A stretch of 63,927 nucleotides of DNA, filler included, from Pirum gemmata (GCA_002812295.1; 25 parts of 25 records of this genome joined end to end with filler, not necessarily neighbours in it); one strand, 5' to 3'; counted from the first letter of the whole stretch, positions 12,361 to 25,951 are shown. The notes: a model not told the origin generated them from the sequence alone. Translations and numbers: made by a program.

Positions 12361-13862
12361 CCTAATGGTACTAATTACATTAATAACATGCTACCACTAC
12401 TTCTGCTGCTGATGATGATGATGGGAGCAATGAAGTAACTTTAAAATTAACTAAAACATTCACATTAACTAGAGGAATGTTCCTAATCATTTTTATTTTG
12501 TGCTTTGTGATGCTAATACTAATACTAATAGTATTAATAACATTAATGATACTAATGATGATAATGATGATAATGATGATGATGATGAAGAAGTAATTTT
12601 ATAATTAACATTAACATTAACATTAATATTAATATTCAACATTAACATTAACATTTAACATTAACATTAACATTAAACATTAGAAAGTAAAAATTAACAT
12701 TAACATTAACATTAACATTAACATTGACATTAACATTAACATAACAATAACATTAACATTAACATTAACATTAACATTAACATTAACATTAACATTAACA
12801 TTAACATTAACATTAACATTAACATTAACAGTAATATTAACAGTAACAGTAATGTTAATATTAATATTAATATTAACATTAACATTAACATTAACTAAGC
12901 TTCCCCGATAGTTGCATGTTTAAAAATCTGCAACTTCGAGCTTTTCAAACCAAACTCGCCCATTTACGATATTTACGACAAGTATACTTCAAACATTTTT
13001 TGTTATCTTTGAACGTCTTCGAAAATATTTGGTAATTATGAGGCTTAAAAATATATAAAATTTCGAATCTGCAATTATTTTATTTATTCAATTTTCACTG
13101 CTACATTCGAGCGTTTTCTTGAAAAATGCGCAACTGCAACTAAGTCGTGAGGTCTAAAATATGAGGCAAGCGCGGGTGAGATCATTACAATATATATATN
13201 NNNNNNNNNNNNNNNNNNNNNNNNNNNNNNNNNNNNNNNNNNNTTAATTAATTAANNNNNNNNNNNNNNNNNNNNNNNNNNNNNNNNNNNNNNNNNNNNC
13301 AACATTTACTTTGTGCCTCGGTCAAAAAAGTTCGCCATAAGAGTTCTCACCCCTCCTATAGCTCTACTAATGTAAACTATATACTCTTTTTGGAAAATCT
13401 TTTTACTTCATTCGTGTTGACCAGTTCAAAAAACTGAAATAAACGTATTATGGTTAAATTATCAGACACATTTTATTTAAATTGCTATTTTTTATACTTA
13501 ATTTTTCATTTTATAAACAAATTCAATTATACACTTTTTAATTAAGCAGTACCGAATTAAAGATTGAGAGGATAACTGAAATGAAATTTAATTAAAAATA
13601 AACGATATACTACTATTACTAGTAGTCTACTACTCCTACTTTTATTAGTAAATTATTATTACTATTATTGATATTATTATTAATATTATTAATATTATAT
13701 TATTATTATTATTATTAATTATTATTATTATTATTATTATTATAAATAATTGTTATTACTTTATGGATTAGGGTTATAGGGTTAGGGGTTAGGGGTTAGG
13801 GGTTAGGGTTAGGGTTAAAGTTTGGGTTAAGTGGGGTAGGGGGGTAGGGGGTAGGTCTACAG

Positions 13863-13998
13863 TAGCATGGAGGTGGCGGTATCGGATAATCGGAGCTCGT
13901 AACTTTGATACACAGTAAGGCTGAGTAAAGCGCATGAAGTTACGGTCCGGATTTTTCATTGTAGGAGTTGTGTCTCGGGTCTACATCCTCCACGGCTA
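13863..13998. repeat. Small foldback element (~135 bp)
   Basis: Imperfect terminal IR TAGCATGGAGG / CCTCCACGGCTA and internal IR CGTAACTT / AAGTTACG. Confidence 0.45.
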
Positions 13999-14506
13999 TC
14001 CTAGCTAGCTAGACTATCAGAGTCTATCAGCTACCAAAGAGTTATCAAAGCCTATATCATAGCTACATCTTGACCACGGTAAATAATCATAGACTACTAG
14101 TATTTAAAAAATAGATAGTTCTAGCTCGAGATAGTTCTAGCCATAAATGGGCCCATAATAATTTCAGTTTTTGAACTAGAACTAAGCTAGACAACTGACA
14201 GTCTGTAGACAACTAAGACAACACACAGAAACAATACATTATATACAATGTCATATAATAAAACAATGAGCAGATTCTCACAATTTCTCAAGTCTATTTT
14301 TAATTTTGACTACCTGGTGGATGTAAACTATCAGACATGTTTTAATTAATTTGGTATTTTATACGTAATGTTGTATTCTATAAACAAGTTCAATTGTATA
14401 CTTAAACAGACCAAATTAAAGATTGAGAGGAGAACTGTAATAAAGTAGTCTAGACGATATAGACTAGAATACCGGTATAATAATAATGCGTTGTTCAATG
14501 GTTTAT

Positions 14507-14680
14507 CATCCATGATTTAGGACGTTACCTAATCTTACCTATACCTCTTTGTCCAAAACGATTTTGGTCATAATTTTAATGTTCATTTTAATAATTAACT
14601 ACTGTCTAAAACAGTTTAAGTCACACTTTCGAGTAATGACTTCTATCAAAAAATAAGTGACGTCCTTTATGAATGTTCCC
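14507..14680. mobile_element. MITE family G (PIF/Harbinger-like termini)
   Basis: Homologous to 40311-40522, which has TIR CATCCATAAAAAGGACGTCAC / GTGACGTCCTTTTTATGAATG; partial copy at 60313-60362 (-). Confidence 0.75.
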
Positions 14681-14982
14681 AACTTCCCATGGCTACATAC
14701 AGTTCATGCTACTGTTGTTAAATTTGTCTAGTTAAATTTGTGGCTGTGTTTTTTTGTCCAGTTCAAAATTAAACTTCAAAAAAACTTATCAAAAAAACTG
14801 AAATAAACTTACAAAACCGCAAGTTCGCAACAAATAACTCTGACTCCTTGATTCCTTGATTAAATTTTGTTTGTATAATAATTGGTGCCAATTTTGTGGA
14901 CAAAAAAAAAGCAAAAGGATCTCAATTTCTCAAATTCTCAATGCTTATCTCCGAGGCCGCACCAAATAGCCTTCTCCCAATT

Positions 14983-15181
14983 CTCCCAATTCTGCTCTGT
15001 TTAAAAATCGATATTTCGAGTCTATATATTAATTAATAAGTTCGAAATGTTCAAGCTTCCAATTAAGTATTCAAATATATTTATTTATTAATAAACTCGA
15101 AAAATATGAAAAAAAAATTCGAACGGTTGGCTTTTTTTGACAGCAGAAATTCGAGTTTTCGGGTTTGAGCAGAATTGGGAG
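14983..15181. mobile_element. MITE family H (~200 bp)
   Basis: 15-bp perfect TIR CTCCCAATTCTGCTC / GAGCAGAATTGGGAG; diverged inverted copy from ~45682. Confidence 0.8.
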
Positions 15182-15294
15182 GGGGGGGCGCACCAAATCC
15201 CAGAAGTGTACCCGGACACTTTCCCGGACACTCGTTTGAACTTTGAAGTCGTTTGGGCACTATTGAACTGAAAAACACGATTACTCGGCCTGCC

Positions 15295-15476
15295 AGATGC
15301 AGAAAAAACCATCGAATCGAGACTAGTTCGAAACTTTCGAAATTTTTCGAACAGCTTTTAGGTGGCAGCTCAGGTGAAAAAAGTTAAACTCGAAAAAAAA
15401 AAGAATGTCATTTCAAAATTGTCACTATTTAATAATTAGAATCAAGCTATTTGATTCGATTATATTTTCCTTATCT
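15295..15476. mobile_element. MITE family F (~200 bp)
   Basis: Imperfect TIR GATGYRGGAAAA..ATCGAATC; copies at ~26805-26978, 46111-46332 and ~60947-61232. Confidence 0.8.
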
Positions 15477-16704
15477 ATTTCAGAGAGTGATTTTTAGGGT
15501 TTGATTTTTCGAATATTTAATTTTTTAGTGTGTTCAAAAAAAAAAAAAAAAAAAANNNNNNNNNNNNNNNNNNNNNNNNNNNNNNNNNNNNNNNNNNNNT
15601 TAATTAATTAANNNNNNNNNNNNNNNNNNNNNNNNNNNNNNNNNNNNNNNNNNNNAAAAAAAAAAAATAAAAAAAAATAAAAAAAAATAAAATAAAATAT
15701 CATAGCACATAGTAGTTTTAAAAAAATAAGTGTTTTTTTATATATAATAAGTAATATAAAAATAAGTGTTAATTAAATAGCACTACTTCTACTGGTTAGC
15801 TTGATATTATTGGTCTAAGACTCTAAGCCAAGGACTCTTTTTTTTAAAAGTATGATATCAAATTCAATATGTGGTCTGAGACTCTTATAATAAGCATTTA
15901 AAAAAGCACTAGCTACTAGCTAGAAGTAGCCAGACCCATTAGAGCCAGACACTCTAGACTAGCAGAGTCTTCTAGCTAGCAGCCAGAAACCATGTTCCTA
16001 AAACTGTTTCTTAATAACAGTACATATATAATTATTATAATTTATAAATTATAATAGATTTTATTTTTTTTCTAATAACAATAACAATAACAATAACAAT
16101 AACAATAACAATAACAATAACAATAACAATAACAATAACAATAACAATAACAATAACAATAACAATAACAANAGTAGCCAGACCCATTAGAGCCAGACAC
16201 TCTAGACTAGCAGAGTCTTCTAGCTAGCAGCCAGAAACCATGTTCCTAAAACTGTTTCTTAATAACAGTACATATATAATTATTATAATTTATAAATTAT
16301 AATAGATTTTATTTTTTTTCTAATAACAATAACAATAACAATAACAATAACAATAACAATAACAATAACAATAACAATAACAATAACAATAACAATAACA
16401 ATAACAATAACAATAACAATAACAATTTTGTATTGTGTTTACTTTATAGCATAAGGGAGCGTTCAAATAATACGTCTTCTGTTTGTAATTTTAATTTTTA
16501 AATTATTAAAAATTGATACGAATGCAACAATATCTTCGAATGCCGATATTTTTATGAGAATATATTTTTGAAAGAAAAATCGATTTTTCATTGAAAATAT
16601 CGATATTTTTATCGATTTTTTTATCGATTTTTATCATATGAATGATGAAAAAGACTATGAAAAACCACAACTTCTCCAAAATTAGCATAATATTATTATC
16701 ATTC

Positions 16705-17245
16705 ACGAATAAAGTACAACTTCTACAAAATTAGCATATTATCACTTGTAATACAAACAAATTTTCAACAACACAACACTTACAATGATGTATCATAACA
16801 ATATAACAATATTAAAACAGACAATATTAATATAACAATATAACAATATTAACAGACAATATTAATTAGTTTAACAATATAACAATATTAATATAACAAT
16901 ATAACAGTATTAACAAATTAACAAATTACCAACACATTAACAATTAACAATTATTAATAACATTTAACAATTTTTATATTTTATATATTTAATTAAAAAA
17001 AACGAATAAAGTACAACTTCTCCAAAATTAGCATATTATCACTTGTAATACAAACAAATTTTCAACAATACAATATTAATACTTACAACAATGTAGCAAT
17101 ATAACAATATTAACAGACAATATTTTAATGTAATAATATAACAATATAACAATATTAACAAATTAACAAATTACCAACACATTAACAATTAACAATTAAC
17201 AATTAACAATTAACAATTAACAAATAACAAATAACAATTTTTATA
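16705..17245 (+). repeat. Diverged ~300-bp tandem duplication
   Basis: ACGAATAAAGTACAACTTCT...CACTTGTAATACAAACAAATTTTCAAC at ~16705 and ~17002. Confidence 0.8.
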
Positions 17246-17876
17246 TTTTATTATATATTAATATATTTTATTTTTCATTTTGGAAAGTAACTGTTGCATA
17301 TTATTAATAATAATATATACCCTATTATAAAGCATAAACTAGTACTTAAACTAGTCCTTAGACTAGTAAGTAGCATGATATATTTGTATATTAATTAATA
17401 GTAGATGTCTAAATTAAATAGTAGATGTCTTAGCTTTTATCATGTCTAAATTAAAGAGTTGTCTAAAATTTGATGTAATATAGTTGTAATATATAATAGA
17501 TGGTATGACCCCTATCATTATTATATATACTAAGTACTCATTATACTTAAGTAACCTAGACTTAAAGTACCACACAAAAGTAAAATCAATCTTTGATGAT
17601 ATAAAGCATAAACCAGTACTAGTAGAACTACTAGGCTAGTACTAGCTAGCTAGTAATATAGTAATGATAGATAGTAGTAGATACTATATCTGATACATAT
17701 CATCAGTTATGCCATCTACCGTAGACTTCTAAACTATTAAATAGTCGTCTAAAACACCAGGGAAACACCTACTAGCTAGCCCCCACTGTAGGAGACCACA
17801 CGAGTCTACCACACCTTAGTAACTAGTAGTAATCCACACAAACATAAAATCGACCCAGAGTGTCTGTAGACTTACA

Positions 17877-17913
<37 letters not shown>

Positions 17914-19525
17914 NNNNNNNNNNNNNNNNNNNNNNNNNNNNNNNNNNNNNNNNNNNNTTAATTAATTAANNNNNNNNNNNNNNNNNNNNNNNNNNNNNNN
18001 NNNNNNNNNNNNNTTATTATTATTATTATTATTATTATCGATTATTATTATTATTATTATACATATATAGTATTATTATAATTATTATTAGCATTAGTAT
18101 TGTTATCATTAATTATCATTATCATGACCATTGTTATACGATATTGCAGATCGATGATTGATAATCTAACTGTAAAGTAATTATTCGCTGTCATATAATA
18201 AGTAGAACTGTTAAATCAATAATGAGCTAAATGATATTATACCGATCTTTCTATAATAATAATAGGGATTAAGGTTAGGGCAGCTGTTAGGGCTATAGAT
18301 AGGACTATAAAGTTTTAAAGCATAACTGTTTAAAAGGTCAGGATTAAGTTAAGGTTATAATTAAAGTGAAACTTAGTAGGGTGTGAGTGTTGGGGTTAAT
18401 TAAGGCGCTAGGATGCCCCAGTTAATGTTACTATTTGAAGCTGTATTTGACCGGAAATTGGCTTTACGTAGTATTTGAACACCCTGGTAGCTCTAAACTC
18501 TGGCCTATCATAATATTATTCTAACTATAGATAACAATCCAAATTACAATGCGTCCAGGAACAGTCCAGGAACCGTTGCTACGGAATCCTTCCCACAGTC
18601 CCACCCCTCTCCTTTTCAAAAGAGAAAAACAAAAAGAGTACTCTCCATAATCAAGGAAAAAGTTAAAAACAAAAACAAAAAGGTATTAGCTAAGGTATGT
18701 GGTTTTTTACACTTTTTTTACCGCTTTTTTTGAGTGTGTGAATTTTTTCATCAAAATTCCTAAGCCAATTTCACTTTGTGAGTAGTTTTGTGAGTGTTCT
18801 ATAAAACAGTACTAAAACAGTACTAGCTAGAGTTATAAAATAGCTTGAATAAAATTGTATTTTTACTAGTATTTTTTTTTTTTCGAACAGGTGCTTATCG
18901 AGCCAACCTTAGTTCCGTGTTCATTACTAATAATAGCAGTTGAATAACTTAAAATAGTAAATCTAATTACAATAGTTACCAATTAAGGTAATAAATGTAA
19001 CATTAATAGTAATAAAAACCATAAAAAAATCGGAAAAGTTCCGGCAGCTGTTCGGTAATAATAATATAAAATGACACATATCACCCCTACTAACTACTGG
19101 TAGTTCTACTGGTAGAACTACTACTTGAAAAAAAAAATTTAAACCCCAAATTTAGCGTTTTTTTTTGTCCTTTTTTGGGGGGAGAGGGTCTTCTTTCACG
19201 TCTTTCAAATTACAGTGGTCTATTATTATAGATAAAAAAAAAAAAACAATACGTCAGTAAAACCTCTCGCCGGCTACAGACCATGGTGCAACCACTTCCT
19301 CAAGTACTACTAGACTAGCTAGTACACTGTGGTACTGTGCTTTTCAGTTCATAAAATATACAATAAATAGTACCAAATTAATACAATATAAATCCATTTA
19401 ATTTAGTTTGGTATATTTTAATATTTATGTATTGATTTAAAAACGTCAATGTAAAGATTATAACCCTTCCAATAAATATTTAGAGGACAAAAATTTTAAT
19501 AAATGAAACGATACTAGCTAGTAGT

Positions 19526-19756
19526 AGGAGGGATGAGATGACGTCATCTTACCAATTGGATGCTCGGACCGGCGAACTTCCAGAAATTTGCCTAAAGTTA
19601 CTATAAATAGTATAATAAACTCTTTTTAAAGTAACTGCTTAAATAAGTAGCTACTAAATAATTACAAATACTAAATATGGTAAGGCGAAACAGGCGAACA
19701 ACATTTACTTTGTGCCTCGGTCAAAAAAGTTCGCCATAAGAGTTCTCACCCCTCCT
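19526..19756. mobile_element. MITE family A (~230 bp)
   Basis: TIR AGGAGGG(A/G)TGAGA; near-identical copy at 39627-39860 and partial copy at 13300-13357; subterminal IR GGCGAACTT / AAGTTCGCC. Confidence 0.9.
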
Positions 19757-19849
19757 CTAGTAGTAGATATGGAGTGTAGGAATGTAAACCCATAGCTTGC
19801 TCTACCATAGTAGTTAAACGCTAGATATTAGCCTCCGATAATATATTAA

Positions 19850-20040
19850 TACTGTGCTTTTCATTAACTTTTTTCACTCTGAATATTTATTTGGTTGCTT
19901 ATAGTATTTGCATTGATATTTTTAAATAAATAAATAAATAATAAAATATACCAAATGAAATGAAATGGATTTATGTTGTATTAATTTGGTATTCTTTATT
20001 TTATATTTTGTAATGACAAAACAACTGGAAACACGATAAT
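19850..20040. mobile_element. MITE family D (~190 bp)
   Basis: TIR (CTATCG/ACTG)TGCTTTTC...GAAAAGCACGATAG; copies at ~19335-19490(-), 45362-45548, 46425-46590, 50920-51060, 58765-58950 and 61455-61607(-). Confidence 0.85.
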
Positions 20041-20868
20041 ATTGATAGATAGACTGGTACTAGTCTTTAGAAGTTTTTACAATTTTGTGTTGAAATTCCC
20101 AATTTACTATTCATATCCATACTAGTACTGGTATCCCTAATTTAAAATAAGAATGAACGTAAGTATGCTAAGTATGTGTATTCATATGTCCCTAGCTATA
20201 GGGAATAGGTTTTTTTTTAATTATTATTATTTATTTTTTTTATTTTTATTTTTTTTTAAAATATATAAATTATTATTATTATTATTATTATTAATNNNNN
20301 NNNNNNNNNNNNNNNNNNNNNNNNNNNNNNNNNNNNNNNTTAATTAATTAANNNNNNNNNNNNNNNNNNNNNNNNNNNNNNNNNNNNNNNNNNNNCATAT
20401 ATACATATATATAGACATTAATAAGACTATTTGCATTCTAAAATACGAGCTAAAAAGATCAACAATACATATTTAAAAACGAAAATATTTTTAATGGACA
20501 TACAATTAGAATAATACACTTTAAAAATATCTAAATTGGATATATTTATGTGTGATATTCTAATTTTATGTGTAATATTCTAATTTTAAGCCTATATATA
20601 CATTCCAGATTAAAAATAATAGGATTATATATTTTTTCTTTTCTGTGTGGCATTTCAGCAATACATTACTCTAAAACCCCTAATCCCAACCCTAACCGTA
20701 TACATCACATTGCATGAGTACATACTTTTGAGACAAAACAAAGATAAAGTTTTCTGTTTGAATAGGATAACATATTGAAAAATATTGAAGACAACAAAAG
20801 TGATATTCAACAATACCATTTGATAAAAAAAAAAGATAAAGATTTTAGTTAAAGAAAAATTATTTTAC

Positions 20869-22412
20869 CTTAACAATGGAGAGCAAAAGGGCTGGATCAT
20901 CATGTGTAGGATTTTGAATACGAAATATAGAAATTAAATTCTCATAGGAATTAGAATTGACGCAAATATAATTTTCAGATCCCTAAAGTAATGCAGTATT
21001 AGTGTGTATAAGCAAAGGAATAACTTAATTTTAGTTATTAATCGAAGTAGTTAAGGGTTTAAAGGATTTTTGAAGTACCTTTTTCTTTACTTGTTTAATC
21101 AATTCAAGATTATTATCTAACATTTCTTCTATCGAGAGAAGAGCACACTTTTGATTCCTAGGAACAACGAAGCCTCTATGCTGAATTCAGTAAAAACAAG
21201 GATAAATTATTTCTGGTCAAAAAATAAAATAGTGAATATTTAGTATAGTAAGGTAGTATCAAAATAAATACCTGCAACAAAGACATGTTATCTTCTCCGA
21301 AATCTTCAAGTAATTGGTCGTTCTCTTCAAAATTTCGATCAGTGCTTATTCCTATGTAACTTACACGAATTAATAATAAAAATAAAAAAAGTATCAATAT
21401 ATATGATTAAAATAAAAGAAAAATTTAAAAAAAAAACACTTGATTGGGTATTTAGTTACTTACTTCTTTGCCAATTTAAGCCTTCGCCCACTGAAACCAA
21501 TTTGCTCAGAATTATCGCTGTTTATTGTTCCAAAGTTTACCATCTGACATTAAAGAGAGAAGTTTTGTGTTTAAAAAATAAATTTGCAGCAAAAAATATG
21601 AGAATCAAAAAGGAAAATGATCACATTTTATATTCCAGAAATCGACGAACTTACATCCAACATTGGGACAATATAAGGTTCCCCGCCCAGCATTATTTTT
21701 CTTGACTTTAAAATGGAAAGAGCATAAAAGAACAGTTCTTTAGATACAGATCCTTCAGGAAAAACGTTTGTATACACATCAAATACCTTCTCTTTCCATA
21801 AATTGTAATCTTTCTTTTGAAAATAAAAATATTAATACCGGTAAGTTAAAAAAAAAAAAAAAAAAAAAATACTAAACATTCAAAGGAAAGAAATACTAAA
21901 TGTCTTACGGCAACATCCTGTTGGTTCCTTTCTAGTATTGCTTTCATTACGTGTCCATCCAAAGTTTTTTTGTGTTTCGCAGTAGCAAATAGGGGGAAAT
22001 CAAATTGTGAAAGCGTAGGCTGTAAAATTAATCAATGATTGTATCTTAGTATCGTCGTTATTAATGTTATTGTTGTTTATAATTTCTAAACCACTAGTTA
22101 TTACAATATGCGATGGTTCTGATATCATTATTGTTACAATCTAGTTGTTATCGTTTATTCCCATTATTGTCATTATTACTTTTATAAAAAAAAGAATGTC
22201 AATAAAAAGAAGGTTTTTATACAGTTGAAAGGCATATACTTGTGTTGGGTATAGAGAATGTAGAGATTAAATAGTTAAATACTTACAATTAAAGCAAAGT
22301 AAGGGTCATAAAATGAATCATTTTCAATAAACATTTCATATAGTATCCAAAATACAAGAGAAATTTCTTTAGTTATATCTTCAACTGACTTTATTATAGA
22401 ACCTAAGTGTTT
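20869..22412 (-). CDS. Multi-exon SET-domain protein, Rubisco-LSMT/SETD3/SETD6-like (partial)
   Basis: In-phase GT-AG exons 22412-22287, 22019-21909, 21813-21655, 21543-21464, 21359-21272, 21180-21091 and 20982-20869 translate to WILYEMFIENDSFYDPYFALIP...FFYALSILKSR...YIVPMLDMVNF...STDRNFEENDQLLEDFGEDNMSLLQHRGFVVPRN, matching the LSMT-type motif order. Confidence 0.8.
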
Positions 22413-23078
22413 CTAGATAAAAATAAGAGGAAGAAATTGGAAGAGGTTGGTCAATTTGTTTTTCAAAATATATAGATTACAACAGAAAACAAAATATCGT
22501 CATCGTATTCCCTGTAATCAAAACATATACAAAGCAAAAAAGATATCGTAATATTACCAGGATTATAACTTGTAGAGAGAATATGTTGAAAGAGAAACAC
22601 CAGGCAGCATAAAATAGTTTTAACTTACAGTATTGATAATGTTGTATAGATTGAGTAAATAGCATATTGGCAATACTAATATCAAAATTATAATAATAAT
22701 AATANNNNNNNNNNNNNNNNNNNNNNNNNNNNNNNNNNNNNNNNNNNNTTAATTAATTAANNNNNNNNNNNNNNNNNNNNNNNNNNNNNNNNNNNNNNNN
22801 NNNNCGATCTTAACCTTGTAATATATTATTATTATTATTATCATTAACCCTAACCCTAACCCTAACCAACTAACCAGAATCGTAACCATAAACTTACCCT
22901 GTAACTCTTAACTCTAACTCTATTCTAACACAATGGTTAAAAAGTTGTTTTTTTTTTTAATTATATATATAAAAATTTAAAATATAGAACTTGCGCAATA
23001 TAAAATAAAGTTATTAGTAATTATAGAACCAGGGGTATTACAGTATAAAAGTAATAAGCAAATCAATATTATAATTAC

Positions 23079-23288
23079 CATAATAATCCTGGTATGGATC
23101 AGCCGCGGTAGCACCAGAGCCATAGCCAGATGCAGCAGCAGCAGCAGTAGTACCACCTTGCCCTTGACTTGCCCAGTGAGAACCGTAAGATTGATCTTGA
23201 CCATATTGATCATAGCCTTGATATGAACTTTGTTGGGAAGCAGTTGAAGCAGTTTGTTGTTGTTGTTGTTGGTATTGCTGTTGTTGGT

Positions 23289-23321
<33 letters not shown>

Positions 23322-23787
23322 GCTGTTGTTGTTGTTGTTGTTGTTGAAGTTGGTATTGATGTTGTTGTTTTTGTTGGAGGAGTTGCTGTTGTTGTTGTTG
23401 CAATTGTTGTCTTTGTTGTTGAAGTTGTTGTTGTTCACGTTGCATTTGTAAAGATTTCTGTTGTTGTAGTTGTTTTTCTTGTTGTAGACGAGCCATTTCT
23501 TTATTTTGCTGCGCGCGTTGTTGTGCTAATAGTGTCATAGCAGCAGTTTGGGGTGGCATATTTGGACCTGCTCCTCTGCCCATTGGTGGCCGAGCACCCA
23601 TCGGGCCACGTGATTGCCGGTTCATTTGACGTTGTTGTTGCAAAATTTGTTGTCTTTGAAAATGCGGATTTCCCATTGGCATCGGTGGGCGAGGTGGCAT
23701 TCCAGGACGTGGTGGCATTGGCCCCCCTGGACCCATCATACCACGTGGGCCAACTGGACCTGGTCCCCGCATCATACCTGGACCTTT
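23079..23787 (-). CDS. Late exon: G/P/M/R-rich, poly-Q and Y/G/Q prion-like region (RNA-binding-protein-like tail)
   Basis: GPGPVGPRGMMGPGGPMPPRP...polyQ...YQGYDQYGQDQSYG; probable donor GTAATT near 23078; upstream part in the gap. Confidence 0.7.
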
Positions 23788-24819
23788 TTTTAAATGAATA
23801 GTCGTTGTTGTTGTTGTTGTTATTGCTGTTGTTACTATTGTTATTATTATTATTATTACCAGTATTATTATTAATGTTATTAATATTNNNNNNNNNNNNN
23901 NNNNNNNNNNNNNNNNNNNNNNNNNNNNNNNNNNNNNNNNNNNNNNNNNNNNNNNNNNNAAATAAAATAAAATAAAATAAAATAAAAATAAAATAAAAAT
24001 AGAATAGAATAGAATAAAATAGAATAAAAGAAAATAAAATAGAATAGAATAGAATAGAATAAAATAAATATAATAAAATAAAATAAAATAAAATAAAATA
24101 AAATAAAAATAAAATTAGAATAGAATAAAATAAAATAACATAAAATAAAATAAAATAAAACAAAATAAATAAATAAATAAATAAAACTGATATGGCAGTA
24201 TATTGCTCTACTTGTATTTTTAAAAAAACAAAATAACAAGTATAACCAACAGTTACAAAATACAGTTACATTGTTGTTTATTATTTCACTTTTTTACACA
24301 TAGAAATATCACAAACAATAAAAAAGTACAATACAATACAATACAGTTAAGAAGTTTCTAAAGCATATATACACATCACATACATAAACAGACAAGTACA
24401 ATATATTTATGTTACAGTTGTAATATACATACATTTACAACCCAAATTCAAATACCATCAGACTTATTTATCTGTTTTACTATAAAATACTCAAACGGCA
24501 CGAAGCACATAGACAATTTGAAAACGTAACTCCCAAAACACTGGTAAAAACTAACAGTAATAACAAACACGTAATAATAATAACAACAACAATAATAATA
24601 ATAATAATAATAATACATTAATACATTAATATTAATATTAATAATATTAATATATATGTCTATTTTTGACAATACTTTGGCTAATTAGCATTAAGTGATT
24701 TCATCATTGAAATGTTTCCAGTGAACTTTCCACAAGGCTAATGTTGTAGGTTTTGGTTAATATATAAAAAATGTAACAAGTGTATATACTTATATATGAT
24801 AAATATAAAATGTAGATTT

Positions 24820-25110
24820 TTAAAAGTTTGAAAGAGGATGCTTCACTATCATAAGAGCTCTGTCTATAACTCTAGCTGATCTCCAATTGTTGTGGAAACT
24901 GCAGCAAGCACTTCGCTGCTCAATGTCTATACACATGTAACCTAATTTACAATAATTATTGGATTCACCCCTATTCACATAATCATCGTCTGTATACGAA
25001 ACCCAACCTATAGAATGTATTGTTTGAGAAGCATCAATGTCGTAATCATAATCTGTCCAGACATTAATTACAATAGATTGATCATCTTGATATGAGAAAT
25101 GATGTATTAG
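24820..25110 (-). pseudogene. 5'-truncated paralog (or alternative last exon) of the 25313-25951 gene
   Basis: Open frame DDQSIVINVWTDYDYDIDASQTIHSIGWVSYTDDDY...CKLGYMCID...* aligns with the C-terminal half of the neighbour; no start codon. Confidence 0.75.
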
Positions 25111-25312
25111 TTATTTATTACTATTACTATTATTATTATTATTATTATTATTATTTATTTCTAGTACTTATTAATTTAAAATACATAATGTTTGGCTGAA
25201 AAAATTATCCTTTTTATAACATTTACACATTAAGTTTATTATTGAATGCTTCCATGATATTGATTATCATATTATCATATCATCAATAGTTATAAATAAT
25301 TATAATATGTAC

Positions 25313-25951
25313 TTAGTGAATTTGATACCAAGAAGGACGAGGGCCACTACCAGGTTGAGCACTAAAATCATCCTGTAGAATAAGACCTCTGTCCATAATT
25401 ATTCTTGATCTACTCCTATGGAAGTTGAAACTGCTGCAACTAGATTTCTGCTCATTGTCTATACGGAAGTTACCTAATCTACAATTAGTTGTACCCATAT
25501 TCATATACTCATCATCTGTATACGAAACCCAACCTATAGAATGTATGCTTTTAGAAGTATCAATGTCAATATCATAACCTATCCAGTCATTAATTACAGT
25601 ATGTTGATCACCGCCTCTATGTGGCCTATTAATCGGACAGTTGCTATGATCATAGCTAACAAAAAATTTAGTGTTAATTGGAGAACATCTACCTGGAAAA
25701 ACACGATGTGCATGTCTGATGATATGAGCATGATGAATTCTTTTTCGAACATCAGTACTAAGTTGGGTTAAGTCTAAACACATGGGTTTGTCCATGTAAT
25801 CTTCATTATTTCGGAGTGTTATTTCAAATAGCGTTTGGTGATTTTCATCTTGCAATCTAATACCACCCATGCGACATTGTGCCTGAGCGAAATTAGATAA
25901 GGCGATTGCTGAGAGAGCAGAAGCAAAAAAACTAGTAATGGAACTCATCAT
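25313..25951 (-). CDS. Secreted Cys-containing protein of unknown family
   Basis: Signal peptide (MMSSITSFFASALSAIALSNFAQA), 6 Cys, intronless 212 aa; a diverged paralog fragment lies next to it. Confidence 0.85.
   Translation of the reverse strand: MMSSITSFFASALSAIALSNFAQAQCRMGGIRLQDENHQTLFEITLRNNEDYMDKPMCLDLTQLSTDVRKRIHHAHIIRHAHRVFPGRCSPINTKFFVSYDHSNCPINRPHRGGDQHTVINDWIGYDIDIDTSKSIHSIGWVSYTDDEYMNMGTTNCRLGNFRIDNEQKSSCSSFNFHRSRSRIIMDRGLILQDDFSAQPGSGPRPSWYQIH

Noticed and set aside
15925..16425. Exact ~249-bp tandem duplication
   Set aside because: The copies are identical and separated by a single N at 16173, typical of an unmerged contig overlap.
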